A program made the translations under genes and the position numbers. The notes under the pieces were generated by a model. It searched no databases and was not told where the DNA came from. It saw nothing but the letters and a program-made list of their open reading frames with translations. DNA of 64,000 nt from Candidatus Shapirobacteria bacterium (GTDB taxonomy: Bacteria; Patescibacteriota; Microgenomatia; UBA12405), in assembly GCA_022837635.1 (NCBI GenBank), contig JALHFY010000001.1, positions 317,693 to 381,692 on the forward strand. Direction: 5' to 3'. This document shows, piece after piece, positions 49,601 through 59,795 of the stretch; position 1 is the stretch's first letter; each line of letters begins with the position of its first letter.

Positions 49601-50452
49601 TTAATATCCTTCTTTTAAACCTGTATCATCAAAAAATAGACTTCGGCCTCTAGTGTGGTATTTTTCTGTATATCTCAGATAAACAAAAATTGGAATACCA
49701 TTTTGAGGGATATAAGCATAATTATCACAGGTACACCTGTCACCATCAACCATATGGCGAGTCAAGAAAAAATCACTATTATCACGATCAAGTGGACCTA
49801 AATCACGATAATCTATAAAATTTTGTCTCGTATATTGATTAACTTGCATCATAGAAATAAAACCAACTTCAGATATGTGTGAATCACTGACTGATTCTAA
49901 AAACTTAGTGACTTTAGAAGAGTTGTCTATATAGTTTTTCATGAGCACACAATTTATTCTTAAATCAGCATTTAATTCGTTTTTGACAAATGGTAAATCG
50001 TCAATTGATAAAGTTTTGGTTCCAAAAACTTGATTGTTTTTCATATCAAGATAATGGTGCCGACTTAACTGAATCGATTCGATAATGTATTTGTTTAATA
50101 AGTCAATATTATCTTTTAAGAAAGAACCATTAGTGTTGATAGTTATTCTTCGATTGTATTCGGAAAGAAGATCTAAAAGTCCTTCAAACTTCTGTGGGTT
50201 GATTAGAGGTTCACCTCCGCTAACAGAAAAACGACTAATGTGTGGATATGTCTGCCTTAAAATTGTCCTAAGTTTAGGTAGATCTAAATTACTAGTTTCA
50301 TTCGGGTTTAATTCAGCATTCGAACAAAATTGACAACGGCCATTGCATTGACCAGTAATATTTATATAGAAAGGAAATTCTTTATCGGAAGGACTACATT
50401 CGTATGGTGATAAATTAAAGGTCTGACCAGAAACTTCAACGATGTAACTCAT
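49601..50452 (-). CDS. Compact radical SAM enzyme (CX3CX2C, SGGEP), candidate peptide maturase
   Basis: GQCNGRCQFCSN cluster-binding motif, SVSGGEPLI SAM motif, C-terminal CTCDNY Cys pair; 283 aa; 13 nt downstream of the repeat peptide gene. Confidence 0.7.
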   Translation of the reverse strand: MSYIVEVSGQTFNLSPYECSPSDKEFPFYINITGQCNGRCQFCSNAELNPNETSNLDLPKLRTILRQTYPHISRFSVSGGEPLINPQKFEGLLDLLSEYNRRITINTNGSFLKDNIDLLNKYIIESIQLSRHHYLDMKNNQVFGTKTLSIDDLPFVKNELNADLRINCVLMKNYIDNSSKVTKFLESVSDSHISEVGFISMMQVNQYTRQNFIDYRDLGPLDRDNSDFFLTRHMVDGDRCTCDNYAYIPQNGIPIFVYLRYTEKYHTRGRSLFFDDTGLKEGY

Positions 50453-50465
50453 GTTACAAAATTAT

Positions 50466-50705
50466 TTAACATGATTTGTGACTACTACTGCTACCACCGC
50501 GACCACAGGGATGCCCACCGCCAGAACTACTGCTACCACCGCGACCACAGGGATGCCCACCGCCAGAACTACTGCTACCACCGCAATTATGATCCTCCAT
50601 ATAACCAAAAATGTCATCTAGACGGGCTCTAGCAAGGTCACCATACTCACTATCAACTCTGGAATTAACTAAATTGGCAGCAATTTCTTTATTATTTGTA
50701 CTCAT
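50466..50705 (-). CDS. Small Cys/Gly/Ser/His-rich repeat peptide, candidate RiPP precursor
   Basis: MSTNNKEIAANLVNSRVDSEYGDLARARLDDIFGYMEDHNCGG-(SSSSGGGHPCGRGG)x2-SSSSHKSC; ATG at 50705 preferred over GTG at 50720. Confidence 0.6.
   Translation of the reverse strand: MSTNNKEIAANLVNSRVDSEYGDLARARLDDIFGYMEDHNCGGSSSSGGGHPCGRGGSSSSGGGHPCGRGGSSSSHKSC
50487..50570. repeat. Perfect 42-bp tandem direct repeat (2 full units plus partial flanks 50481-50584) encoding the 14-aa peptide module
   Basis: ACTGCTACCACCGCGACCACAGGGATGCCCACCGCCAGAACT x2, 100% identical. Confidence 0.9.
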
Positions 50706-50798
50706 GGCTGATAATAACACACTTGCTTAGATAATAAAAACGAGTAGAGAAGTATTGAGAGATAAGGTAAAATATAGTTTGGCAAGCTGCAATATTTT

Positions 50799-50869
50799 TA
50801 CCCCGTCGTCTAATGGTAGGACATTACGCTCTGAACGTAAGAATCGTGGTTCGAATCCATGCGGGGTAA
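50799..50869 (+). tRNA. tRNA-Gln (anticodon CTG), no encoded CCA
   Basis: Acceptor TACCCCG/CGGGGTA, anticodon stem TTACG/CGTAA with loop CTCTGAA, T-arm CGTGG-TTCGAAT-CCATG. Confidence 0.8.
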
Positions 50870-50930
50870 CAAAACAAATAACATAAAGTAAATAAATCTT
50901 GGAATATTTTTCTTTGCTATGATGGTATAG

Positions 50931-52004
50931 ATGAATCAAAATAGAAAAAGTAAAATTATAGCCACAGTGGGGCCGGCGACGGAAAGTGAAAAAGTCTTGA
51001 ATGAAATTATTCAAAACGGAGTGAATGTTTGTCGATTGAACACTAAATATAGTGATAAAAGTTGGCATCAAAAAGCAATTAGAAATATTAGAAAAGTAAG
51101 TGGTGGTAAGGTGCCGATACTTTTGGATATTCCCAGACTTGATTTTGAAATTTTTGAAAATGTGGATATGGTGGCCGTATCGTATATTAAAAATGCGTCA
51201 GAGATTGAGAAAGTAAAAGAGAGATTAAAAAGACAAGGGCGGAAATTACCGATTATTGCCAAGATTGAAAATGTCTCAGCGCTAAAGAATTTGGAAGAAA
51301 TTATTCAAGTGACAGATGGAGTCATGGTGGCTAGAGGCGACTTGGGAAGAAATATTCCGATTGAAGAATTGGCTACACTACAGGGAAGAATTATTGATAC
51401 CACTAGATTAGCCAACAAACCGGTAATTGTAGCCACGGAGATGTTGTTATCAATGACTAAAAATCCCCTACCGACTCGAGCGGAGGCTTCTGATGTGGCT
51501 CACGCCTTGTTTGATGGAGCCGATGCGGTGATGTTGTCAGAAGAAACTTCAATCGGAGAACATCCGGCGGAAGCAGTTAAAGTGATGAGTAAAATTTTAG
51601 GTTTTAGTGAGAAAAACGGTGACATCAAAGAGATTGAACATGACAACGACACTTTAGGAGAAACTATTATTAAATCGGCTAAAGACTTATCAGAGTTTGC
51701 AGATGCAGTCGTGGTCTTTACAAAATCAGGGGGATCAGCGCAGAAATTAAGTAATTATCGTCTCCAGAAAAATATAATTGCCATTACTGATCAGGAAGAG
51801 GTGGCAAAATTATTGAATTTATCTTATGGAGTAACCCCCTACTTTAAAAAGTTTACTGACAAACATTTTGATAAAAATCATGACATTTTTGAAGAACTTA
51901 AAGAAGCGAAAATGATTAAAAACAAAAGTAAACTACTATTGATACATGGCAATAACTGGCTGGAAAGCGGTTCAGTGAATGCTCTTAGTTTTGTGGAAGT
52001 TTAG
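50931..52004 (+). CDS. pyk: Pyruvate kinase (short form)
   Basis: KIIATVGPAT, MVARGDLG, SEETSIGEHP motifs; 357 aa. Confidence 0.8.
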   Translation: MNQNRKSKIIATVGPATESEKVLNEIIQNGVNVCRLNTKYSDKSWHQKAIRNIRKVSGGKVPILLDIPRLDFEIFENVDMVAVSYIKNASEIEKVKERLKRQGRKLPIIAKIENVSALKNLEEIIQVTDGVMVARGDLGRNIPIEELATLQGRIIDTTRLANKPVIVATEMLLSMTKNPLPTRAEASDVAHALFDGADAVMLSEETSIGEHPAEAVKVMSKILGFSEKNGDIKEIEHDNDTLGETIIKSAKDLSEFADAVVVFTKSGGSAQKLSNYRLQKNIIAITDQEEVAKLLNLSYGVTPYFKKFTDKHFDKNHDIFEELKEAKMIKNKSKLLLIHGNNWLESGSVNALSFVEV

Positions 52005-52441
52005 TTTTTATAGTAAGACTTAATTTGAAATAGAACATACCAGGCGATAAGACCATTGATAATCAGGGAACCCAAATTAAAGGTGATCAAATTATTTAAG
52101 GCGGTTAATAAAGAGGCATAAAAACAAAAATACCAAGCTTTTTGAGTCCGTTTGAATAATCCTGGTAAGGCAAGAACTTGAAGAACAAAAGTTAAAATAG
52201 CAATTAAAGTGGAAAGTACGGAAAAACCTAAACCAACAAAAATAGCAAATGGAGTCAACAAAGTACTAATACCGAGAGCTGCTAACATTACAGGAAAAGC
52301 AAAAATCAATAGAACTAAACTGAAATAAGGACCATACTTAACGATAAATTCTTTGATGTTTTTAGGCATAGCAGGAGCTTTTTTACCAAAGTACAAGGCT
52401 AACCAGTTTTCAATGGGTTGGAGAAAATTAAGTTTAGTCAT
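52001..52441 (-). CDS. Small polytopic membrane protein, hypothetical
   Basis: 146 aa, 3-4 TM helices. Confidence 0.45.
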   Translation of the reverse strand: MTKLNFLQPIENWLALYFGKKAPAMPKNIKEFIVKYGPYFSLVLLIFAFPVMLAALGISTLLTPFAIFVGLGFSVLSTLIAILTFVLQVLALPGLFKRTQKAWYFCFYASLLTALNNLITFNLGSLIINGLIAWYVLFQIKSYYKN

Positions 52442-52456
52442 AACTGTATTAAAGCA

Positions 52457-53184
<728 letters not shown>

Positions 53185-54381
53185 TTACTTTTTCCTCCAA
53201 ATGATTTTGTTGTAGACAAACCAATTAAGAGGAATGGTTAAAAGAAAAATAGCGATAACTTGATAGAGAAGGAAATAATCCCCAAAGAGATTAGTTAACA
53301 GAGCAATAACTGTAGAGGGAATTAAAATCCCGGTAACTAAGGAAGAAGCATTAAAGGTTAAAAACTTACCTAGAAGGGAACTACCAGTAATTTTTTCCTT
53401 GGAAAAAGTCCAGAGATTATTCCAAGTAAAGTTGGAAATAATAGCTAGTTCAGCAGCTAAAGCATTGGCAAAACCATTGACAGTACTGGTAGAAGCAATT
53501 CGGGGGGTGAGGAAATTCTTAAAAAGACGACCACCGACTATATTAACAATAAAACCAATGCCACCGACAACGGCAAATTTGAGAAATTTCTGGGTAAGTT
53601 CGTCATACCAGCGCATTTTGAGAGCCACCATGAAAATATCTTTGGCGGTTTTAGATTCAATTTTAGATTCACCGGCATTACGGACGTGGAATTCTAGAGG
53701 AATTTCCTTGAATTTGGCACCCATTTTAAGAGTTTCATAAAGGAGTTGAAGTTTATAACCAAAACTTTTGGTGTACAAATGGGATGCATCCAGATTCATC
53801 TGATCAACAAAACCTTTGACGCGAGTGACTTTCAGACCGGTAGTGGGATCAGTAACTTTGAAGAAATTTTTGAAAGGAAAAAACATGATAAAACGAGCCA
53901 CAAAACCACCGACTTCAGAAAAGAAAACTCTTTTGAAACCCCAACCTTTAGGATTGGAACCGCCTTTGATTTTTCTAGAACCAATGACATAATCATAACC
54001 TTCGTCCATAGCTTTTAACATGACTGGGATAGTCTCTGGAGGATGTTGAAAATCACCATCAAACTCAAAGACAAAATCAGCTTTAAGTTGGTTCATGGCA
54101 TGCTTAAAACCAACTAAGTAAGCAGCACCAATACCATTTTTAGTAGGATTAGTATAAAGATGGACATTTTTGTATTTACGAGATAATTTTTCAACTACTT
54201 TACCGGTACCATCAGGAGAACTATCATCAACCACTAAAATATGCATGTCCCATTTTTTATCCAAACTAGGGAAGGTTTTAGTACATAAATATTCAATCAT
54301 TTTGCCAATATTGTCGGCTTCATTGTAGGTAGGAATCACAATAACTGCAGTTTCTTTTTTAGCTTTAGTTTGATTTTTCAT
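53185..54381 (-). CDS. GT2 polyprenol-phosphate mannose synthase-like glycosyltransferase fused to C-terminal GtrA-like membrane domain
   Basis: VIPTYNEADNI..VVDDSSPDGT..FDGDFQH motifs; C-terminal 4-TM GtrA-like region. Confidence 0.8.
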   Translation of the reverse strand: MKNQTKAKKETAVIVIPTYNEADNIGKMIEYLCTKTFPSLDKKWDMHILVVDDSSPDGTGKVVEKLSRKYKNVHLYTNPTKNGIGAAYLVGFKHAMNQLKADFVFEFDGDFQHPPETIPVMLKAMDEGYDYVIGSRKIKGGSNPKGWGFKRVFFSEVGGFVARFIMFFPFKNFFKVTDPTTGLKVTRVKGFVDQMNLDASHLYTKSFGYKLQLLYETLKMGAKFKEIPLEFHVRNAGESKIESKTAKDIFMVALKMRWYDELTQKFLKFAVVGGIGFIVNIVGGRLFKNFLTPRIASTSTVNGFANALAAELAIISNFTWNNLWTFSKEKITGSSLLGKFLTFNASSLVTGILIPSTVIALLTNLFGDYFLLYQVIAIFLLTIPLNWFVYNKIIWRKK

Positions 54382-54413
54382 AAGTTTATATTAGCACAAT
54401 GATAAAATAAGCT

Positions 54414-55052
54414 ATGAAATTTGATGTTTTAACCTTGTTTCCCGAAATGTTTGAGAGTGTTTTCAGCAAGAGCATTATTGCCAGAGCGGTTAAAAAGAAA
54501 TTAATAAAAATTAATTACCATAATCTAAGAAAATGGGCTTGGAATAGTTATGGTTCGGTTGATGATCGACCATATGGAGGTGATGTAGGGATGCTGATAC
54601 GAGTGGATGTGGTGGATAGGGCAATTGAAGAAACCAGAAACAAGAAACAAGAAACAAGAATAATATTGTTGTCAGCGAGAGGGAAAAGACTGACTCAAAA
54701 AGACCTGCGAAGGTTGTCAAAGGAAAAAAATATTATGTTAATTTGTGGACATTATGAAGGTTTTGATGAAAGAATTTCGGAGCTGGTTGATGAAGAAATT
54801 TCGATTGGTGATTATGTTTTAAGTGGTGGAGAAATTCCCGCCATGGTATTGATTGATTCAATTTCACGATTAATTCCAGGAGTTTTGGGAAAAGATGAAT
54901 CAAGTTTAGTGGAAAGTTTTTCTCTAGGAAAAAATATTGAACATCCTCAATACACTCGACCGGCCGAGTACAAGGGTAAAAAAGTACCGGAAGTTTTGCT
55001 GTCAGGAGATCCTAAAAAAATAAAAGAGTGGCAAAAATCTAAATCCCGCTAA
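54414..55052 (+). CDS. trmD: tRNA (guanine37-N1)-methyltransferase
   Basis: MKFDVLTLFPEMF N-terminus, SPOUT knot fold motifs. Confidence 0.9.
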   Translation: MKFDVLTLFPEMFESVFSKSIIARAVKKKLIKINYHNLRKWAWNSYGSVDDRPYGGDVGMLIRVDVVDRAIEETRNKKQETRIILLSARGKRLTQKDLRRLSKEKNIMLICGHYEGFDERISELVDEEISIGDYVLSGGEIPAMVLIDSISRLIPGVLGKDESSLVESFSLGKNIEHPQYTRPAEYKGKKVPEVLLSGDPKKIKEWQKSKSR

Positions 55053-55302
55053 TGATAATCAAGGCCAAGAGAGCTAAAAGGAGATATTCTACAATAATGG
55101 ATAATTGTAAATCGCGGCGACGACTATGATGAACTAAACTCCAAATAAAATAAAAAGCAGTAAAAGCATAAAGAACTCGACGTTGAAAATGAGAATGACC
55201 ATGATTACCAAAAAGAAGGAATAAAATTATAGTCAAAAGAGAAACTGCCAACAAAAGAAGATAATCAAAAGGTTGCTTTTTAATTTCTTTGAAAATAATC
55301 AT
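55039..55302 (-). CDS. Small membrane protein (87 aa), hypothetical
   Basis: Two hydrophobic helices, His-rich loop. Confidence 0.35.
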   Translation of the reverse strand: MIIFKEIKKQPFDYLLLLAVSLLTIILFLLFGNHGHSHFQRRVLYAFTAFYFIWSLVHHSRRRDLQLSIIVEYLLLALLALIIISGI

Positions 55303-56162
55303 TAAAAGATACTCCCCTGCTGAGTAAAAATAAGTAATAATAAAATAACCATCAGAAAGCCAATATGACCGGCAGAAGAACCGGTAAAACGGGAGGTACC
55401 TTGTTTAAGAGTAATGTAAGAATCGATAACTAAAACGACAACGATAATCCCAAAAATAACAGTACCTAAAATTTTGCTTAAAAGTAGAGGGTTAATTTTA
55501 GGAGAAGAGACTGGAGGAGAAGCTTCAACGACAGAACCTAAAGCTTGGGATTGAGATTGAAGAGGAGCAGGTGAGGTTTCAGCAACTTTAGATTGTTGAG
55601 GAGTGGGAGTAGCAAAGTGTTGGACGACTAGAGTGGTTTTAACACCATTAAGGACACCATTGACCACACCAATACCGATTTCTTGATATTTACTATTGAC
55701 AATATTATCTCGATGAGTTGGAGAGTTCATCCAAGCTTTTAACATCGACTCAGTATCGTAAAAATCACGAGCTAAATTTTCCCCGGCCACAGTGTAATGG
55801 TAACCGGCTTGTTGGAAAAAGTCCCAAGGACTTTTTCCTGCGGGAGAATTGTGGGCCCAGTAGTTATTTTGGAACATGTCTTCGGCTTTAAGAACTGCAG
55901 ATTCGGAGAGTAAAGCATTATATTTCAAGGGTGGTAGACCGAGTTTTTGTCTTTGCAGATTGGTCTGATCAAGAACCTTTTGGACAGTAATTTCTGAAGA
56001 ATAACCTAAAATTCCAGGTTTGAGCATGCTTAAAGACTTGATTAGAGACTGATTGAGGAGATAAACGGCAATAATAATACCTAAAAATGAAGGGTGTAAA
56101 AGAAGAGCCCGATGATTGTTCCTTTCTTGAGGAATAAAAAGTAAAGAGAAAAACCCTTTCAT
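55302..56162 (-). CDS. Secreted CAP/SCP (PR-1-like) domain protein
   Basis: HYTVAGENLA...SPTHRDNIVNSKYQEIGIGV CAP motifs; start moved to internal ATG 56162 to avoid 82-nt overlap with upstream gene. Confidence 0.65.
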   Translation of the reverse strand: MKGFFSLLFIPQERNNHRALLLHPSFLGIIIAVYLLNQSLIKSLSMLKPGILGYSSEITVQKVLDQTNLQRQKLGLPPLKYNALLSESAVLKAEDMFQNNYWAHNSPAGKSPWDFFQQAGYHYTVAGENLARDFYDTESMLKAWMNSPTHRDNIVNSKYQEIGIGVVNGVLNGVKTTLVVQHFATPTPQQSKVAETSPAPLQSQSQALGSVVEASPPVSSPKINPLLLSKILGTVIFGIIVVVLVIDSYITLKQGTSRFTGSSAGHIGFLMVILLLLIFTQQGSIF

Positions 56163-56182
56163 AAATTCAGTATAAACTAAAT

Positions 56183-57235
56183 TTATCGGATTTTGAAAGA
56201 AAGGAGAAAAGGAATAATAAAAGAAATTATAGGAGTAAAGATAATATAAGAGGTAGGTGTACAAATAAAACGGGAAAGATAATAATCAATTGCGAGAGCT
56301 AAAAGTGATGATAGAAAAATAAAAGCTGGTTTTTTGATAAAAAATAAATTAACTATCAGTGCTAAAAGAAAGGTAAAGGGAATAATTGACAGACATTTTT
56401 TATCTTCAGAGGTAGATTGGTCTTCAGGAAAATAATCAGGAATAGTGGATAAACCTAAAACTGATGAGTTTAAAAATCCGGAGGCGGGAGTGCTGAAAGT
56501 AGCTTCACCCAAAGGAGTGGCACTGACAATTTCTGAAAAGGAACCGGTGGCACAACCATTACCAACTTTAATCTTAAAAAAGTATTTAACACCGGCATCC
56601 AAATTGTTGATAGTGTAACTGGTGGTACCAGGGGGACCAATATTAGGGTTGGCAAAGGTAGCGGCATGGGCTTCTTGACTATAGGCGATTAGGTAATAAG
56701 TAAAAGTATCGTTGGGTTCCGTCCAAAATAAAGTAACTGAATTGATACCCGGCACTACTTTGGTAATAATGGGGGTATATCTGGGAATAGACTGATGACA
56801 ACCTGTAGAGGATGGTGAAAATTGGTTACAATCAAAATTGAAAATAATATCTGATTGATAATGGGAATTCTGAAAAAGATTGTCAGCTTGACGAGGGAAA
56901 GAAAATTGCCAGAGTAAATCCAGACTTTCTTTGGCTTTGAGAGTGGTTAAAAAAGTTGACTGGTGATGCAGTTGGTTGAAGCTACCACCGTAGAGAACTT
57001 GATGGCGTCCAATAATGCTCAAATTGATTTGATCTGATAAATAATTTGAAGAAAGTGGTTCCAATCTTAAACTAAGAGGACAATCGATATTTTTCGGATT
57101 GGTAATTTTCAGAGAATTTTGGCCGTTAAAGCCCGGATAGATATTTTTGGCTTGATAAAAATCAGTAATAATTAATTCCTGGGCCATTACCGGCTGGGTA
57201 AAAATTAGAAAGAGGCAGAGGATGAGGAGAATCAT
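56183..57235 (-). CDS. Secreted/anchored surface protein with fibronectin type III-like domain and C-terminal TM segment
   Basis: Signal peptide; PIITKVVPGINSVTLFWTEPNDTFTYYLIAYSQ FN3-like block; hydrophobic C-terminus. Confidence 0.55.
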   Translation of the reverse strand: MILLILCLFLIFTQPVMAQELIITDFYQAKNIYPGFNGQNSLKITNPKNIDCPLSLRLEPLSSNYLSDQINLSIIGRHQVLYGGSFNQLHHQSTFLTTLKAKESLDLLWQFSFPRQADNLFQNSHYQSDIIFNFDCNQFSPSSTGCHQSIPRYTPIITKVVPGINSVTLFWTEPNDTFTYYLIAYSQEAHAATFANPNIGPPGTTSYTINNLDAGVKYFFKIKVGNGCATGSFSEIVSATPLGEATFSTPASGFLNSSVLGLSTIPDYFPEDQSTSEDKKCLSIIPFTFLLALIVNLFFIKKPAFIFLSSLLALAIDYYLSRFICTPTSYIIFTPIISFIIPFLLSFKIR

Positions 57236-58842
57236 TCAAAATTAAACTCCTGGGGAGCGAGATTACTAAAGGTAACCATAAATTTTTTTGACAAGCCAGA
57301 GGCGGGAACACAGGTACCGCCACTACTGCAAGTGCCTAGGAAAAAATCTCGGGAAACAAAACCTTGTTCGTCAATTTGCTCGGGTAAAATTTGTCCAAAA
57401 ATTTGTTGATCTCCAGCAACATCTTGATAATCAATGGTATAACTCATGTCAGCGAGAGTGGTGGCTAATCCGGAAATAGTTAGAGTAATTTTGGAGACAC
57501 TCAATCTAGACTCTAAGTTGACAGTCGGTAAAGAAGCGATTTTTAACCAAGGACCTAAACCGGAAAATTGTCTTTGCCAATAAAAATCACCCAAATCGTT
57601 AGCCTCAAAAGAAGTAATGAGATTGTCATTTTGAAAGAGCTTTAGGTTGGCGGTTGTTTGTGTACTTGGAAAAAACACAGTCAGACTTTGGAGAGGTGAT
57701 AATTGGGTACTGTCTATAGTCAATGGGGATGAGCCATTGAGAGAATAGGTTAAATTTGATAAATCTAAAACCTGGGTTAGAGAATTATTAAAAAGAGTAA
57801 AAGCATGTTTATCAACTTTATTAATGACTAAATCAGGTAAAATGACGATTGGATAATGTTGTGGTAACTCAGAGTTACCGGCGGAATCAGTGGCGGAAAT
57901 GGAAATGATATTTTCACCAACTTCGAGAGGGGGTAAAGTTGGGTAATCAATAATTTCTGAACCGAGATCAGTGGTCAAGAGACTTAAATCGGGATTGGTT
58001 GGTAACCTGGAATCAAGCAAATGAGTTTTAAGATCGGCTATTTCTAAAATAGGAGTAGTATCGGAATCGTGATTTAGGTCTGTGAGATTAAAAACAATCT
58101 TGAAGAAGCTTCCTGCTAAATGACTAAGATTGCGACTAAGGCGAATCCAACCAGAGTCATAATCCAAATTACTGCTATCTAAATTACCATAAGTGAGAAT
58201 TTTTTCTAAAATATTTTCACCGGAAGAATCGGTTAAATAAACATCAAAAAAATTATATTCAGCAACATCTTGACTGCGAAAACGAAAAGAAAAATCCAGA
58301 TGAGCCGAAACTGATTGAGGCAGAAAAATATCTTGAGCAAATAAAGGATTGTTTTTATCTAGAGTTGCAGAAAGGGAGTGGTGGGTGGTGGGAAAGATGA
58401 TTAGATTGCTAGTAGGAGCTGTAGTGTCAAATTTAAGTTGGTGACTGAAAAAATCTTCTTCTTTGTCTTCGAGATTATTATAAATATCCAAGGCTAAGGA
58501 ACGAAAAGAATATAAACCATCACCTTGAGGTGCTGAAAAATTAAATTGAAATTGACTTGATTGAGCTTCATCAAAAAGAATCCAGGGTCCAAAATTAAAA
58601 GAGTAATATAAAAAAATTTTTTGAAGACCACTATCGTCGATAGCCTTGACGGTAATAGGAACAGAATTTTGATTGCTAACCTGAAAAGGTAGTTCCTCAA
58701 TTTCAGACTGAGGTGGATTTTGTTCGGCGATGGAAAAACTGAGATTATGATAAGTAGAGGTTGAATTAAAGGCAGCGAAAACAGGAAGCGGAACATTAAA
58801 ATATAAACATAGCACACTGACTAGAGTAAGAATGATTTTCAC
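57232..58842 (-). CDS. Large secreted beta-rich surface protein (536 aa), hypothetical
   Basis: Signal peptide, Ser/Thr/Asn-rich, no catalytic motifs; 4-nt overlap with neighbours. Confidence 0.55.
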   Translation of the reverse strand: MKIILTLVSVLCLYFNVPLPVFAAFNSTSTYHNLSFSIAEQNPPQSEIEELPFQVSNQNSVPITVKAIDDSGLQKIFLYYSFNFGPWILFDEAQSSQFQFNFSAPQGDGLYSFRSLALDIYNNLEDKEEDFFSHQLKFDTTAPTSNLIIFPTTHHSLSATLDKNNPLFAQDIFLPQSVSAHLDFSFRFRSQDVAEYNFFDVYLTDSSGENILEKILTYGNLDSSNLDYDSGWIRLSRNLSHLAGSFFKIVFNLTDLNHDSDTTPILEIADLKTHLLDSRLPTNPDLSLLTTDLGSEIIDYPTLPPLEVGENIISISATDSAGNSELPQHYPIVILPDLVINKVDKHAFTLFNNSLTQVLDLSNLTYSLNGSSPLTIDSTQLSPLQSLTVFFPSTQTTANLKLFQNDNLITSFEANDLGDFYWQRQFSGLGPWLKIASLPTVNLESRLSVSKITLTISGLATTLADMSYTIDYQDVAGDQQIFGQILPEQIDEQGFVSRDFFLGTCSSGGTCVPASGLSKKFMVTFSNLAPQEFNFE

Positions 58843-59393
58843 GGAGACTGGAGGCCGATAAATTTAAGAGAAAGGTTGGTGAGAGACTGTCCGGCATGAG
58901 TATTATCAACATCATCGAGAGTGACCAGGAAACGATACTGGGAAGCGCTATTTTGAGACAAAGTATCAAGATCTTTAGCAGAGTCACGCCAATCTTTCAG
59001 ACTGGCGGTAGCTAAATTGGTCCACTGGTTATCAGTTAATTTTTGAAAAGTAATATGGATTTTGTCTCCAATAATGGGCCAGGCAGAGGCGTTTTCAATG
59101 GGAGATAAATCTTCCAAACGAACACTGATTTTCAAGGAAATAGGAGAAAGACTGTTGTTTCTTAAGTAAAAGTCTTGATTACTACTGTAACCTGAACTCA
59201 TATTACTGTGATCAGAGGTAACAGCTAAAGTATTGCTCCAATTTTGAGAATCAGCACTAATTTGTAAATCAGCATTACCGGTGGTAAAAGTTAAGGAAGC
59301 GGTTTTAGCCTGAGAACTAAATAAAGCCCTAACTGATTTACTGGCAAAGATGATAACTACTAAGACTGAGAGGAGTATAAAGATTTTTTTCAT
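58839..59393 (-). CDS. Secreted protein with TasA/camelysin-like (SipW-cognate-type) N-terminal signal region
   Basis: MKKIFILLSVLVVIIFASKSVRALFSSQAKTASLTFTTGNADLQ resembles the AxFSD...NTFTAGTLDL class; start at ATG 59393. Confidence 0.5.
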   Translation of the reverse strand: MKKIFILLSVLVVIIFASKSVRALFSSQAKTASLTFTTGNADLQISADSQNWSNTLAVTSDHSNMSSGYSSNQDFYLRNNSLSPISLKISVRLEDLSPIENASAWPIIGDKIHITFQKLTDNQWTNLATASLKDWRDSAKDLDTLSQNSASQYRFLVTLDDVDNTHAGQSLTNLSLKFIGLQSP

Positions 59394-59466
59394 TTGAATT
59401 AGAAATAAAAATAACAAATATAAAGTAAATAATAATACTAATATTTGGAAGGATGCAAGAGGCAAA

Positions 59467-59778
59467 TTAACGTTTTGGTGGTCGGCGAATAAAGAAGGTG
59501 GCCAATAAAAGTCCTAATAAAATACCGGTTAAATCAAAGAGAGTATCAGTGAATTTACCGGTACGTCCGGCAATAAAACTTTGATGAAACTCATCACTGA
59601 GAGCAAATAGATAGGCCCAAATAAAACTCAGTTTAAGATCGAAAAAAGCATAAAAAAGCAAGAAAGCTAAAATAATATATTCCCCTAAATGTAATAGTTT
59701 AAAGAAAAGAAAACGAGGCAGAAATTGAGGAGTGATACCAGTAGTAGACAGACCAGAGAAATAAAAAATGATTCCCAT
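59467..59778 (-). CDS. VanZ-like membrane protein
   Basis: LSDEFHQSFIAGRTGKFTDTLFDLTGILLG motif. Confidence 0.6.
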   Translation of the reverse strand: MGIIFYFSGLSTTGITPQFLPRFLFFKLLHLGEYIILAFLLFYAFFDLKLSFIWAYLFALSDEFHQSFIAGRTGKFTDTLFDLTGILLGLLLATFFIRRPPKR

Positions 59779-59795
59779 CCAAATGAGGGCAGGAA

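Noticed and set aside
50481-50584. Possible CRISPR array suggested by perfect direct repeats
   Set aside because: Only about 2.4 contiguous units with no spacers, lying in frame inside a coding sequence; it is a coding tandem repeat, not CRISPR.
50727-51071. 114-aa minus-strand ORF in the ORF track
   Set aside because: Overlaps the well-folding tRNA-Gln gene (50799-50869) on the opposite strand and the pyk 5' region; low-complexity translation; judged spurious.
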